A DNA stretch of 64,000 bases from Candidatus Marinacidobacterales bacterium (GCA_965237955.1 OZ250169.1:3360001-3424000); one strand, 5' to 3'. Counted from the stretch's first letter, positions 9,319-19,899 are shown. Made by a program: numbers and translations. Notes: generated by a model not told the origin, from the letters alone.

Positions 9319-10405
9319 TGCCTTGGTGCACAACTCGCGATCTCGGTCCACAATTGTCCTGTACTCGCGGATACGAGGTTCCCCATGAGCATTTTCAAAC
9401 GCACTCAGCGGAAGTATGTGAAGAAGGCCTATCGCGTGAGGAATTGGCGTGAATATGAGGCGGGTCTACGCAACCGCGGGAGCCTGACCGTCTGGATCTC
9501 GCTCACCGCCGGCAAGCTTGTGAACTGGGACGCGCCCCGGCCAAGGAGGAGGAAACCGGGCCGTCAACGCAAGTACTCGAACCACGCCATCGAGACGGCT
9601 GTCACCCTGGGCATGGTGTTTCATCTGTCATCTAGGCAGAGCGAGGGATTGCTGCGGTCGTTGTTCGCTCTGATGAAGCTAGACAATGATGTGCCCGATC
9701 ACACCACGATCTCGAGGCGCAAGGCGAAGCTGGGTAAGGTCCCCTTCTACCAAGACAAGCAGAAGACGCCGTTGCACATCTTGATCGACAGCAGCGGTCT
9801 CGCTGTCCACGCCGGCCAGCTGCGCAGAGCACCAAAGAGCAGGGACTATCGCAAGCTCCATCTGTGTGTCGACGAGCAGAGTGGCGAAGTCGTCGCCGGC
9901 GAGCTGACGAGCAAAAGAGCCCGCGATTCATCGCGGGTTGCATCGCTTGTCGGACAGATCGACAGTCCCATCTCATCGGCCAGAGCTGACACCGCATACG
10001 ACGCCAGCGGCGTCTATGAGGCGATCGAGAATCACAGCGCTCATCGCTCGCCGAGGGTGCTGATACCGCCGCGCAAGGGCGCCCAGCTCGCATCGGGGCC
10101 GGCGAGCAGCCGACAGCGCAATCGCAACATTGCAGCACAAGCTCGGCTCGGCAAACGAAAGTGGCACACAGAATCGGGCTACAGCAAACGGAGCAAAGTC
10201 GAGACAACGTTCCATCGCTACAAGGCTATCGTGGGCTCAGCGATGCGAGCGAGAGGGTTGGCGGCACAGAGAGTCGAGGCAAGGATCGGGTGCAAGATTC
10301 TCAACACCATGACGGCGCTCGGGATGCCTGATAGCGAGATGATCGGATGATGGGAGTCGGGGCCAAGCGAGCTCTCGGCCTCTATCGGAGTTGTGCACCA
10401 AGGCA
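9319..10405 (+). mobile_element. IS5-family (IS903-like) insertion sequence, copy 1
   Basis: 18-bp perfect TIRs tgccttggtgcacaactc / gagttgtgcaccaaggca. No TSD found. Confidence 0.93.
9385..10350 (+). CDS. IS5 family transposase
   Basis: YRVRNWREYEAGLRNRGSLTVW, PDHTTISRR, IDSSG, RKLHL, ADTAYD, YSKRSKVET. Confidence 0.93.
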   Translation: MSIFKRTQRKYVKKAYRVRNWREYEAGLRNRGSLTVWISLTAGKLVNWDAPRPRRRKPGRQRKYSNHAIETAVTLGMVFHLSSRQSEGLLRSLFALMKLDNDVPDHTTISRRKAKLGKVPFYQDKQKTPLHILIDSSGLAVHAGQLRRAPKSRDYRKLHLCVDEQSGEVVAGELTSKRARDSSRVASLVGQIDSPISSARADTAYDASGVYEAIENHSAHRSPRVLIPPRKGAQLASGPASSRQRNRNIAAQARLGKRKWHTESGYSKRSKVETTFHRYKAIVGSAMRARGLAAQRVEARIGCKILNTMTALGMPDSEMIG

Positions 10406-10489
10406 CAGGTTAAGTGCTCCGGCTGAACCCTTGCGGCCAACGATTATCGACGGAGACTCGGTCAGCGGTGTCTCGCAGGACCCTACGAT

Positions 10490-10519
10490 CCCCTCCTGTG
10501 CCAAAACTCGGCCTTTTTG
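10490..10519 (+). mobile_element. Isolated type A IS left end
   Basis: cccctcctgtgccaaaactcggcctttttg matches 1506-1536 with a 1-nt deletion. Confidence 0.75.
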
Positions 10520-12389
10520 CAATTTGGACAGAAGGGCTGATTTCCTAAGAAAGGCCGATCAACAACGGGCCGAAGAGCGACGATGGACGGGATGCTCTCA
10601 AGCCTTGCCGGATCCTGGTTGATACAAAATCCGAGGCAAGTGAGGGCATCAATGAAGCCCAGGCACACCTGGACCAGAACGTGCTAGCCCGCTACGCCAC
10701 GGTAGCCCCGGCCTCGATTCTGGATCCCTCGGGTGGCCTCATTTTGGCGGCCGCACGGCCCTGCCAGCGGCCCACTTCCCCCTTTGGCGCAAACGTGGCA
10801 CTCGAAAATCGAGATTAGAGACGAATACCGAAAATGAGGCCAGTTCAACCCCTTCTAGCGCGTCTCTGGTGCCACCTACCCCTGCGAAACCCCGCCAACC
10901 GCGCAGAAAATCTCACCCGTCTCTGCAGTGCCACAATTGGCCAGACTGGGTGGCGGATGGTGCAGGTTGGAGCTATCCGGTCTCGGCAAAAGGCGGTCCA
11001 GCTTTTGGCGGAAATCCTCAAAGAGAAAAATAAGTGGAGATTCAGGAGGTTTCGAGTTTCGCGCATTTCTTGACTTTCTTGACGCGTACACAGGTTTTGG
11101 GAGAAGGCTGTTTTACGCCCTCTCGGGTTTCAACCATGATGCCCACGTCGTTCTATCCGATTCTCCTACAGTGATTTAACGGCCTTCGTCACGTGCTGGT
11201 CCCCGCACGCCTCATCGACGGGTGGTCGTTCGAGCCGGAATCGAAGTTGCTTCAATCAAATTTTTTATACGGCAATCTCAACCTCCTGGACGCTTGAAAG
11301 AGGGCCGTGTCGTAAACCCTCCGGAGGCGGCTCCGACCGTTACTCATTGTCGCAAAAGGCTTTACGTCTTATCAGCGAATGTTCGTCGACGGGAACATCT
11401 TTCCGGCTATCGCAGTCGGGAGGCTTGAGTGGAGCTTCCGATTCTTGGCTGGAAACGATCAGAAACAGAGCTAAACAGGCCATTAACGTGCAATTTGGGC
11501 CGGTTTTGGGGCTTATCGGGCCGTTTTTGCGCTTAATCGTGCAGACAATGAGAAGACGCTTAACGCCTAGATCGCGCCTGAGGAGAAGGCGAATGGCGGA
11601 ATTCGAATTGGCCAAACCTCGAATTCATCCAGCGGAATTTTACGGAGGAAACGAAGATGACTCCGCAGACGGTCCAGTACAAGGAGCTATCCGAGTCTGG
11701 AAACCATGACAGGGAATTTGGGCCAGTTTGAGGCTGATTGGTGGAGGCCAGTGTCGGAGAGCAGCTTGCTGCTAACCGAGCCCATTCACGGAGTGAGCGC
11801 TGGCAGGCTCACAGCGTTTTGACGAGCACTCGCTGTTTCTCCCAATCGTCGGGAAGCGGATGATGCAAGAGGTAGCTCGAGGTCAGCCCAACGGGCTGAC
11901 GGCCTTCGATAATGGCGCGGACAATGTCGGGGGCCAGGAAGGCATAACGGATTGCCTTGCGCACGCGGTCCGTTGGGATGGCGTCTTCGGTGGCAATCTC
12001 CTCATAGGTTTTGCCTGCTTTGATTCGGTCGAGCCAGGAGAGAGCGTTGGCGGTATTGCGCAGGAGTGTGCGGTCGACGGATTTCGTGGGGTTGCCCAGA
12101 ACGAGCTTGGTCTCGACGCCGCGTCGACGCAAGCGGAACGGTGCGAGGATGCGGAGTGCATCCTCGCGAATGCGTTCGGGTCCCATAGAGAGGCAAGCAG
12201 CGAACGCATCGCGGTCGAGCAGGATGGACACAGAGCCGGGGCTGATGTCGACCCGCCGGATAAGACGGAGCAGGGGGGCTGCCGAGGCACTATCATTCTT
12301 GCTACCGGAACACAGCCCGTCTAAAAAGCGACGCACCGAGGCGAGCTCTTGCATCGTCGGAGTGTGGATCAACGAGGCCGAGAAGGTTG

Positions 12390-13972
12390 TGTATTGGTTC
12401 AGCGTGAAGATGACAGCGAGGTTGGACGTTAACGCAACACCCGGCGGCAGGATGTCCCCTATCGCCCCAGGGATCGTACCAGAGTGCTCGGGGGCGTCAA
12501 GGGTAAAGCGCGCTGCGCGCGGTAAAGCGCGCTGCGCGCGCCGGCTTCGCCGCCCTTGACGCCCCCTGCGCTCTCTGGTACTCAATGCTTGTGGGCGAGA
12601 GGGAACGGAGTGGGGCTCCTGGGATCAGAGTGTTCATGCGGGCACCTTGTTCGCACGGCGCTCACGCCGCAGCTTCCGAGCCTGCTCGAGTTTGCGGTCT
12701 CGCTCCGACCAGATCTGGGTGGCCTTGCCATCCATGAAGTCCAGCGGCGCAATGTAGCCGATCGCGCTGTGCAGGCGAACCCCGTTGTAATATTCGACGA
12801 ATCGTTCCATCAAGCGGCGAGCCTCTTCGAGGCTCGTGGGGCTGGCAGGACGCAGGGCGTCCGATTTTATCGTCTTGTGCCAACGCTCGATCTTCCCGTT
12901 CGATTGCGGGTAGTACGGCGCGGTCCTCACGTGCGTCATCCCTGAGATGCGGATGAATGCCTTGAAGTCCTTCGCGATGTACTGCGGACCGTTGTCCGAG
13001 ATGATTCGAGGCCGCGCATCGGGGTACCGCTCCTTTGCTCGCTCCAAGATGCACTCCACATCCGCTTCCGTCATCGACTCACGAATCTCCCAGTGAACCA
13101 CCGCGCGGCTCGCACCATCCAGAAACGAGCAGAGGTAGTAGAACGTCCCACCCAGGTTCAAGTACGAGATATCCGTGTGCCAGTGCTGGTGCGCTCGCAG
13201 CGGCTGAACGAAGCCCGTTCCCTTCTTCGACGGCTTCGGGTTCCAACGGTCCAGACGACCCGCCTTCGACAACACCCGGTACGTCGTCGAGGGGCTAACT
13301 GCCACCACGTCTTCGTCCAGCATCATGAACGTGAGTCGGCGATACCCGTCCAGTGGGTGGCAGTCGAAGTAGTCGATCACGGACTGGCGCTCCCATTCTT
13401 CGATCCAGTGATCCCGCGGCACCAGGCCGTTGTGCTCATTCACCTTCCCGTACCGCTTGCGCCAGTCGTAGAACTTGCCCCGAGCGATCCCGCACCACTG
13501 AACGATCTGCTGGACCGGAAGCTGGGTCTTGGTGGCGATTGTGTTCACGAAGTCGACAACCTCGTCACGACGGTCATGGGGAATCCAGGCACCACTCAGG
13601 CTTCCCCAAGTTTTTTTTGAGTGTCACGTACTCTTCGGTCACCTCAGCGATGATCTGATCCTTACGGGCCACCTTCGCCTCGAGACGGGAGAGCTTCTCC
13701 TCTAGCTCCTTCTCACGGCTCGGCGCACGACGGAACGAAAACACCGTATGGGCTCCAGCCAATAGCTCCCTTTGCCATGTGTAGAACAGGCTCGGCTGGA
13801 TTTCTGCCTCGTTGCATACCTCCGAGACCGGCTTTTTCTCGGCAACGTGCTGGCGCAACAGCTCTGCCTTTTGCTCCGCAGTGTGACGACGACGACCTTT
13901 GCTCATGACAGCTCCTTTTTCCATGTGCGTATTTTAACTTCAGGACTGTCATGTTCCAGCTGAACCGAAACA
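12390..13972 (-). mobile_element. IS3-family element (orfA about 13574-13906, orfB 12634 to about 13600) with 4-bp TSD GTTG
   Basis: Imperfect TIRs tgtattggttcagcgtgaagatgaca / tgtttcggttcagctggaacatgaca. GTTG at 12386-12389 and 13973-13976. WHTDISY, SDNGPQY, PQSNGKIER. A-run at the orfA/B overlap. Confidence 0.93.
12476..12581. repeat. Long stem-loop with internal 19-bp tandem duplication in the IS3 3' non-coding region
   Basis: gggggcgtcaaggg (12490-12503) pairs with cccttgacgccccc (12553-12566). gtaccagag pairs with ctctggtac. ggtaaagcgcgctgcgcgc occurs twice in tandem. Confidence 0.85.
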
Positions 13973-15058
13973 GTTGTGGCATCCACATGCTGTCGGATGA
14001 GATGCACGACGGTCTGTTCCAGCATCGGGGCGGGCAGTCGCCAGCCGGAGAGGTCCTTTTGGCCACTGTGCTGGATGAGGCGCCGGGAGACGTAGTAGCG
14101 GAGCCGTTGCCCGTTTTTCTTTTTGGTGTGGCTCGGCGTCAGCCGGTCCCCGGTCTCGTCGAAGAGCTTGCCTGCCAGTGGGGAAGGGGCGGCACGGCCC
14201 TTCGTCGTGCGTCTCCTTGGTTTGGCAGCCCCTGCCTGCAGCTGCGTTTGGACCGCGTCCCAGAGCTCCGGAGCAATGATCGATGGATGCTGGCCCTCGT
14301 AGACACGCCTCTGGTGCCGGATGCGGCCGGCGTAGAGAGGATTGGTCAGCAGGCAGTGGAGGTGTCCGCGACGGAACGGCAGCCCGCCCGTTCGGGTTCC
14401 ATCCGCGGTGAAGCGTTGCTTGGTACGCAGTCTCAGACGGTCCGCCTCGGCCTTCACCTGCCGGAGCGTTTCGTGCTTTCGGTACAGCGCATAGAGCGTC
14501 CGGACCGTTTCGGCCTCAGCCTCGTTGATGCGCAGCGTGCGCCCGTCCTTCTCATAGCCTAGCGGTACGCGGCCGCCCATCCATAGTCCCTTGCGCTTGG
14601 AGGCAGCGACCTTATCGTGGATCCGCTCGGCCGTGACCTCGCGTTCGAATTGTGCGAAGGACAGCAGCATATGCAGCGTCAGTCGTCCCATGCTGGTCGC
14701 GGTGTTGAAGGACTGAGTCACCGAGACGAAAACCGCGCCGGCCGCCTCGAGCCGCTCGACGAGCTTCGCAAAGTCGGAGAGGGAACGGGTCAGCCGGTCG
14801 ACCTTGTAGACCACAATCTGGTCGACGAGACCTGCGTCGATGTCGGCGAGCAAGCGCTGCAGGCCCGGGCGCTCCAGGGTTCCTCCCGAGAGCCCCGCGT
14901 CCTCGTAGACAGTTGGCAGCAGCACCCAGCCCTCCGCTTTCTGGCTCGCGACATACGCGGCGCAGGCTTCTCGCTGCGCATCGAGGGAGTTGAACTCCTG
15001 TTCGAGACCCTCTTCCGCACTCTTTCGCGTATAGATGGCACAGCGGATCTTCTTCATG

Positions 15059-15497
15059 TTAGGCCTTGCGCTTGGGCGTGAGACCGAAAAAGCGTGGTCC
15101 TGACCAGTGGGTGCCGGTGATTCGCTTTGCGATGGTAGTGAGGGACGGATAGGTTTTGCCATCGAACCGATAGCCGTTGTCGATTACCTCGACCTGGTAG
15201 GTTCGGCCATTCCACTCGCGGACGAGATGGGTGCCGGCAGAAACGGACCCTGCGGGCGCGTCGGCGCCGTTGCCTGGCGTCCCGTTCGCCATGGCAGCCA
15301 GAGCCGCGCCGTGTTGCGGCCGAATGCCAGCCAAGGGTCCGGCACTGGCGTTCGTACGCAAGAACGCGGCGCATGAAAACACGAGAGAGCGAGCTTGGAG
15401 GAGCAGCCCCAAAGGTCTGCTCCCAGACCCGCCGTAAGCTGGCGAAGTCCAAACCGTCCAAAACGACGTTCCGGCCAACCCCTGTATCCTGCGGCAT
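15059..15497 (-). pseudogene. DUF2924 domain protein (frameshift near 15305), partner of the serine recombinase
   Basis: LRRVWEQTFG..PP..LSR..LAYERQ, then in another frame GTHLVREWNG..Y.SLTTIAKRITGTHWSGPRFFGL. Confidence 0.85.
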
Positions 15498-15704
15498 CAC
15501 CGAACGTTCGCTCTTGTGCTCGATAAAGTCCAGTCTAATGAGGGACTTCCGGGTGCGCAGTCCGTTGCTCGTAGCTCGCCCCGCAGCCGATTTGAGCCAG
15601 CCGTGCGCACCCCCGGTGGGCCTGTCGCTCGCCACCCGCAGCCCAGGGGTCATAAGCCAGCCCTGCGGCGCGAAATACACTCGATTCTGCGCGGATTCCA
15701 AGGG

Positions 15705-15764
15705 CGTCTAAGCTGCTGATTTGTGGTCTATTTCAAAAGGGCCGAGTTTTGGCACAGGACGGGG
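15705..15764 (-). mobile_element. Isolated type A IS left end (inverted)
   Basis: taagctgctgatttgtggtctatttcaaaagggccgagttttggcacaggacgggg matches the reverse complement of about 1364-1420. Confidence 0.8.
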
Positions 15765-15781
15765 TATACTTCGCCTCAAGA

Positions 15782-16417
15782 ATGTTCTACCGATCTCCGG
15801 ATGCATATCGGCGATTTGCCCGGGAAGCTATACGTAAAAAGCGAGCAAAGGATCGGGCAAAGGCGAACACTGGGAAGCCGACGAAAACCAAAGCATTGCA
15901 GGTTGCGGAGCCCCCACCAATCCGACCGGAGGTGCTAACGGGCGAGGGAGATGTTGGCGAACGGGTTGCTACCCTTGGGCGTTGTTTCGCCGACGGGGTG
16001 ATACACCACTACCACCTATCGACGGGCCACATGGCCCAGATGCCACGCTCGGATGTTCGCCCTGAGACGCTGGCCGCGTTGCGGCCCATTATCAAGGTGG
16101 CCACCAGCGGCCATGTGGTGCCGTTGCCCGGATTCACCGAATACTTTCTAAGCATCAGGAACACCTGGATCGGCGCGGTGGGCTGGCTCATTGAGGGAAC
16201 CGAGCGCCGAGTCATGGTTCGTTGCGTGACGGCCTGGACGGTCGGGGGCGCAACGAAGGGCGTGCGCTGGTTGGCGGCGGAGCTACCGGCGGAGCTGGAC
16301 TTGCCCTGTTGTCTGGTCAGGCTTGGAGTACCACTGCTTGAGGACCCCGTCGCGGCAAGTTTGCTTGATGATGCTGAGCAGTGCATTGGCTGGGCGTTGC
16401 TACCCACCGCGCCCTAG
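15782..16417 (+). CDS. Hypothetical protein (start uncertain, possibly 5'-truncated by the IS end)
   Basis: Open frame of about 210 aa with protein-like composition and no recognised motif. Confidence 0.55.
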   Translation: MFYRSPDAYRRFAREAIRKKRAKDRAKANTGKPTKTKALQVAEPPPIRPEVLTGEGDVGERVATLGRCFADGVIHHYHLSTGHMAQMPRSDVRPETLAALRPIIKVATSGHVVPLPGFTEYFLSIRNTWIGAVGWLIEGTERRVMVRCVTAWTVGGATKGVRWLAAELPAELDLPCCLVRLGVPLLEDPVAASLLDDAEQCIGWALLPTAP

Positions 16418-16516
16418 CCTTTTTACCGGCATCGTCAAGTTGAGGCTGACGGCCGTTTCTGATGCGCAGCATGGTGGGTTCACCACGGGCTTGAGCCTAG
16501 TATCTTGGGGGTCGGT

Positions 16517-16576
16517 CTCGTCCTGTCCAAAAACACAAACGAACTCGAGTTCGTTTGTATTTTTGGACACGACGAG
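16517..16576. mobile_element. 60-bp palindrome made of type B left and right IS ends joined directly
   Basis: ctcgtcctgtccaaaaacacaaacgaactc|gagttcgtttgtatttttggacacgacgag, with only two mismatched pairs. Confidence 0.85.
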
Positions 16577-16736
16577 TTCGGGCGCGCCAGTTGGACGGAA
16601 CGGATGGTCTGCAGGAGAGGTCTGCTCGGGGTCGCCTATCGCAGAGCCAGTACCGCGTCGGCTGGTCTCCGCGAGTTTTGAGAACGCCTCTAGGATTCGA
16701 CCTTGCCGCTCCGTTCGCGTTTTCGGACAGGACGGG
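16577..16736 (-). mobile_element. Third variant (type C) IS left-end fragment
   Basis: cccgtcctgtccgaaaacgcgaac on the minus strand. Shares actggcgcgcc with the type B leader. Confidence 0.6.
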
Positions 16737-16739
16737 CAC

Positions 16740-16907
16740 GGCGAGTACTTACGTTCGATATCTCGTCGCTTCGCCGAAAGACGCCCCGGCTCGATAGGTC
16801 ACATAACCCTTGGCGGGAAGTGTGCAGGAGCGCGTAGTGCGGGAAAGCCGCACGCTGCGTGCGATGTGGCGGGGGCTGGAAACGGACTTACGGTGCGGCT
16901 AGTGAGG
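16740..16907 (+). ncRNA. Group II intron 3' remnant (IEP tail, domain V, start of domain VI)
   Basis: gagcgcgtagtgcgggaaagccgcacgctgcgtgcgatgtggcgggggctggaaacgg is a DV hairpin with GAAA loop. It follows YVRYLVASPKDAPAR-stop and is truncated by IS5. Confidence 0.8.
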
Positions 16908-17995
16908 TGCCTTGGTGCACAACTCCGATAGAGGCCGAGAGCTCGCTTGGCCCCGACTCCCATCATCCGGTCATCTCGCTATCAGGCATCCCGAGCGCCG
17001 TCATGGTGTTGAGAATCTTGCACCCGATCCTTGCCTCGACTCTCTGTGCCGCCAACCCTCTCGCTCGCATCGCTGAGCCCACGATAGCCTTGTAGCGATG
17101 GAACGTTGTCTCGACTTTGCTCCGTTTGCTGTAGCCCGATTCTGTGTGCCACTTTCGTTTGCCGAGCCGAGCTTGTGCTGCAATGTTGCGATTGCGCTGT
17201 CGGCTGCTCGCCGGCCCCGATGCGAGCTGGGCGCCCTTGCGCGGCGGTATCAACACCCTCGGCGAGCGATGAGCGCTGTGATTCTCGATCGCCTCATAGA
17301 CACCGCCGGCGTCGTATGCGGTGTCAGCTCTGGCCGATGAGATGGGACTGTCGATCTGTCCGACAAGCGATGCAACCCGCGATGAATCGCGGGCTCTTTT
17401 GCTCGTCAGCTCGCCGGCGACGACTTCGCCAGTCTGCTCGTCGACACACAGATGGAGCTTGCGATAGTCCCTGCTCTTTGGTGCTCTGCGCAGCTGGCCG
17501 GCGTGGACAGCGAGACCGCTGCTGTCGATCAAGATGTGCAACGGCGTCTTCTGCTTGTCTTGGTAAGAAGGGGACCTTACCCAGCTTCGCCTTGCGCCTC
17601 GAGATCGTGGTGTGATCGGGCACATCATTGTCTAGCTTCATCAGAGCGAACAACGATCGCAGCAATCCCTCGCTCTGCCTAGATGACAGATGAAACACCA
17701 TGCCCAGGGTGACAGCCGTCTCGATGGCGTGGTTCGAGTACTTGCGTTGACGACCCGGTTTCCTCCTCCTTGGCCGGGGCGCGTCCCAGTTCACAAGCTT
17801 GCCGGCGGTGAGCGAGATCCAGACGGTCAGGCTCCCGCGGTTGCGTAGACCCGCCTCATATTCACGCCAATTCCTCACGCGATAGGCCTTCTTCACATAC
17901 TTCCGCTGAGTGCGTTTGAAAATGCTCATGGGGAACCTCGTATCCGCGAGTACAGGACAATTGTGGACCGAGATCGCGAGTTGTGCACCAAGGCA
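16908..17995 (-). mobile_element. IS5 copy 2 (inverted); transposase 16963-17929 has a +1 frameshift
   Basis: Near-identical to copy 1 with the same TIRs. ccccttcttacc versus ccccttctacc near 17566. Confidence 0.93.
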
Positions 17996-18535
17996 ACGAC
18001 GCTTTCGTCGTTCTCCGGCAATGGTCAAGTCGATGGTCATCGCGTTCAGATCGATGCGCTCCTCGATGATCTCGAACATTCCCTCCGTTCGGTGACACGG
18101 CCCGATGTTTCGGTCGAGCTTCCCCAAGAGTCCGGCTCGCTTTCGCTCGTCCGCGGCGATGAGCGACTGATCCGTGATCTCGTCCTGGCTCTGGTGACGA
18201 ATGCCGCCGAGTCCATGGGCCACGACGGTGGCACGGTTTCGATTTCGATCGGCACCGCGGATATCGATGCGGCCGCGCTTGCGCGTGCGTACTTGGGCAA
18301 AGGAAAAAAGCCGGGAAGTTACGTATACCTCGAAGTCTCCGACACCGGCTTGGGTATGGACGAGGATACGCTCGCCAAGAGCTTCGTTCCGTTCTTCAGC
18401 ACGAAGCCCGAGCATCGCGGACTCGGTCTTGCAACGGTGCTCGGTGTCATGCGCGCTCACTGCGGGGCGGTAACGTTCGATAGCGAGCCCGAGAAGGGCT
18501 CGTCGGTGCGCGTCCTGTTTCCAACGACGACTTGA
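17996..18535 (+). pseudogene. Sensor histidine kinase HATPase C-terminal remnant, truncated by IS5
   Basis: LVTNAAES, VSDTGLGM, PFFSTK..GLGLA..G.V.FDSEPEKGS (N, G1, F, G2 boxes). Confidence 0.85.
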
Positions 18536-18641
18536 GCTTCCGCCGGACTTCCGTCAAGGGCTCCTAATGGAATCGCGTCGCTAGAGGCGGATACCTGATT
18601 ATCGAAGACGCGGGGCCCAGTTCCAGTTACAATGCGAGGCC

Positions 18642-19899
18642 ATGGCGGATCCGGAACTGCTTGCGATTCTGCGCCGGGGGCCGAAGGCCTGGAACCGATA
18701 CCGGGATGAGGGCTCCGATGGGGAGACACCGGACCTGTCGCGCGCGGACCTCTCGGGCCTCGACCTGCGCGAGGCCGATCTCCACGGCGCGAACCTCACT
18801 GGGGCCAATCTCGCCGAGGCGAAGCTGGAAGGCGCGGTTCTGACCGATGGGCAGCTCGCTCAGGTCCAGGCCCAAGCCGCCAATTTCGACGGCGCCACGC
18901 TCCACCGTGCGCGGATGACCGGCGCTCAGCTCTCACACGCGACGCTCAACGATGCCGACCTCACCGGGGCCGATCTGACCCGCGCCAACCTCGTCTCCGC
19001 GCGGTTGCGCCGCGCCAATCTCTCCGGGGTCCAGCTCCAGATGGCGAACGCTTCCCAGGCGATTCTCGATGGAGCCCAGCTTCCGGTGGCCAACCTGAAG
19101 GGGGCGGTCTTCTCGGCTGCCAGTCTCGAAGGCGCGAAGCTTCCGGGAGTGAACCTCGAAGGTGCGCGGCTACCGATGGCGAACTTGCGCAACGCCGACT
19201 TGACCCGCTCAGAGGCAACCGGGGCTCACTTGCAGCGAGTGATTCTCTACGACGCGAATCTCACCGGGGCGAGCCTGGGTGGGGTCGAGCTGATGGACGC
19301 TGACCTGAGCGGTGCGCAGCTCCCGCTGGCAAATCTCGAAGGCGCGCGTCTTCAGAGATGCCGTCTCGGCGGGGCCGATTTGAGTCAAGTGAACCTACGC
19401 GGCGATTCTCGTCGACGATCTGGAGATGGTCCAGCTCTTGGAGACGCTCCTCGTCGAGTCCCGATGGCGTGAGCTCATCGCGCCGAACGCTCTCCGGATG
19501 GTGCTGGTGCTCGGCCGGTTTCCGGAGTGGCGGCGCCCTCACCTCGATGCGATCCGCGACCAGCTTCGGGGGCGGCACTACGCGCCGGTGGCGATTGATC
19601 TCGAGAATCCCGTTGGACCGAAGCTCCACGCGGTGATCGGGAACCTCGCGCACTTGGCTCGTTTCATCATTGCGGATCTCGCCGGAAGTCGAGAGTTCAT
19701 TGGCGATATCCAGCCGTTCGCACTCGCCCTCCGTGTGCTGCCGCTCCAAGCTATCATGCCGGAAGGAGAGGAGCTCATGGAGCTTCCCGGCATTTGGGGC
19801 AAAGATCCCTATCGCTACCGCGACACCGACCATCTCGTCCAGACGTTCGCGAAAAGCGTGCTCGGGCCGCTCGAACAAAAGCTCGCGTCGGTCTCATGA
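18642..19899 (+). pseudogene. Pentapeptide repeat protein with C-terminal alpha/beta domain; frameshift or deletion near 19400
   Basis: A(D/N)LxG repeats, then in another frame VDDLEMVQ..VLVLGRF..HLARFIIADL. Confidence 0.85.

Larger units (their letters stand above)
11809..15057 (-). pseudogene. Large serine recombinase (resolvase + recombinase domains), interrupted by IS3
   Basis: CAIYTRKS..NSLDAQ..SGGTLERPGL..YKVDRLTRS. Removing 12390-13976 restores the frame (HVDATT-FSASLIH). C-terminus RRRGVETKL..AFLAPDIV. Confidence 0.9.

Noticed and set aside
10520-11800. Short ORFs in the region downstream of the recombinase
   Set aside because: Atypical composition, mutually overlapping, no motifs. 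Treated as non-coding.
11809-16417. Prophage around the serine recombinase
   Set aside because: No structural, terminase, replication or lysis genes.
9319-17995. Bona fide composite transposon formed by the two IS5 copies
   Set aside because: The outer flanks share no target duplication and belong to two different truncated genes.
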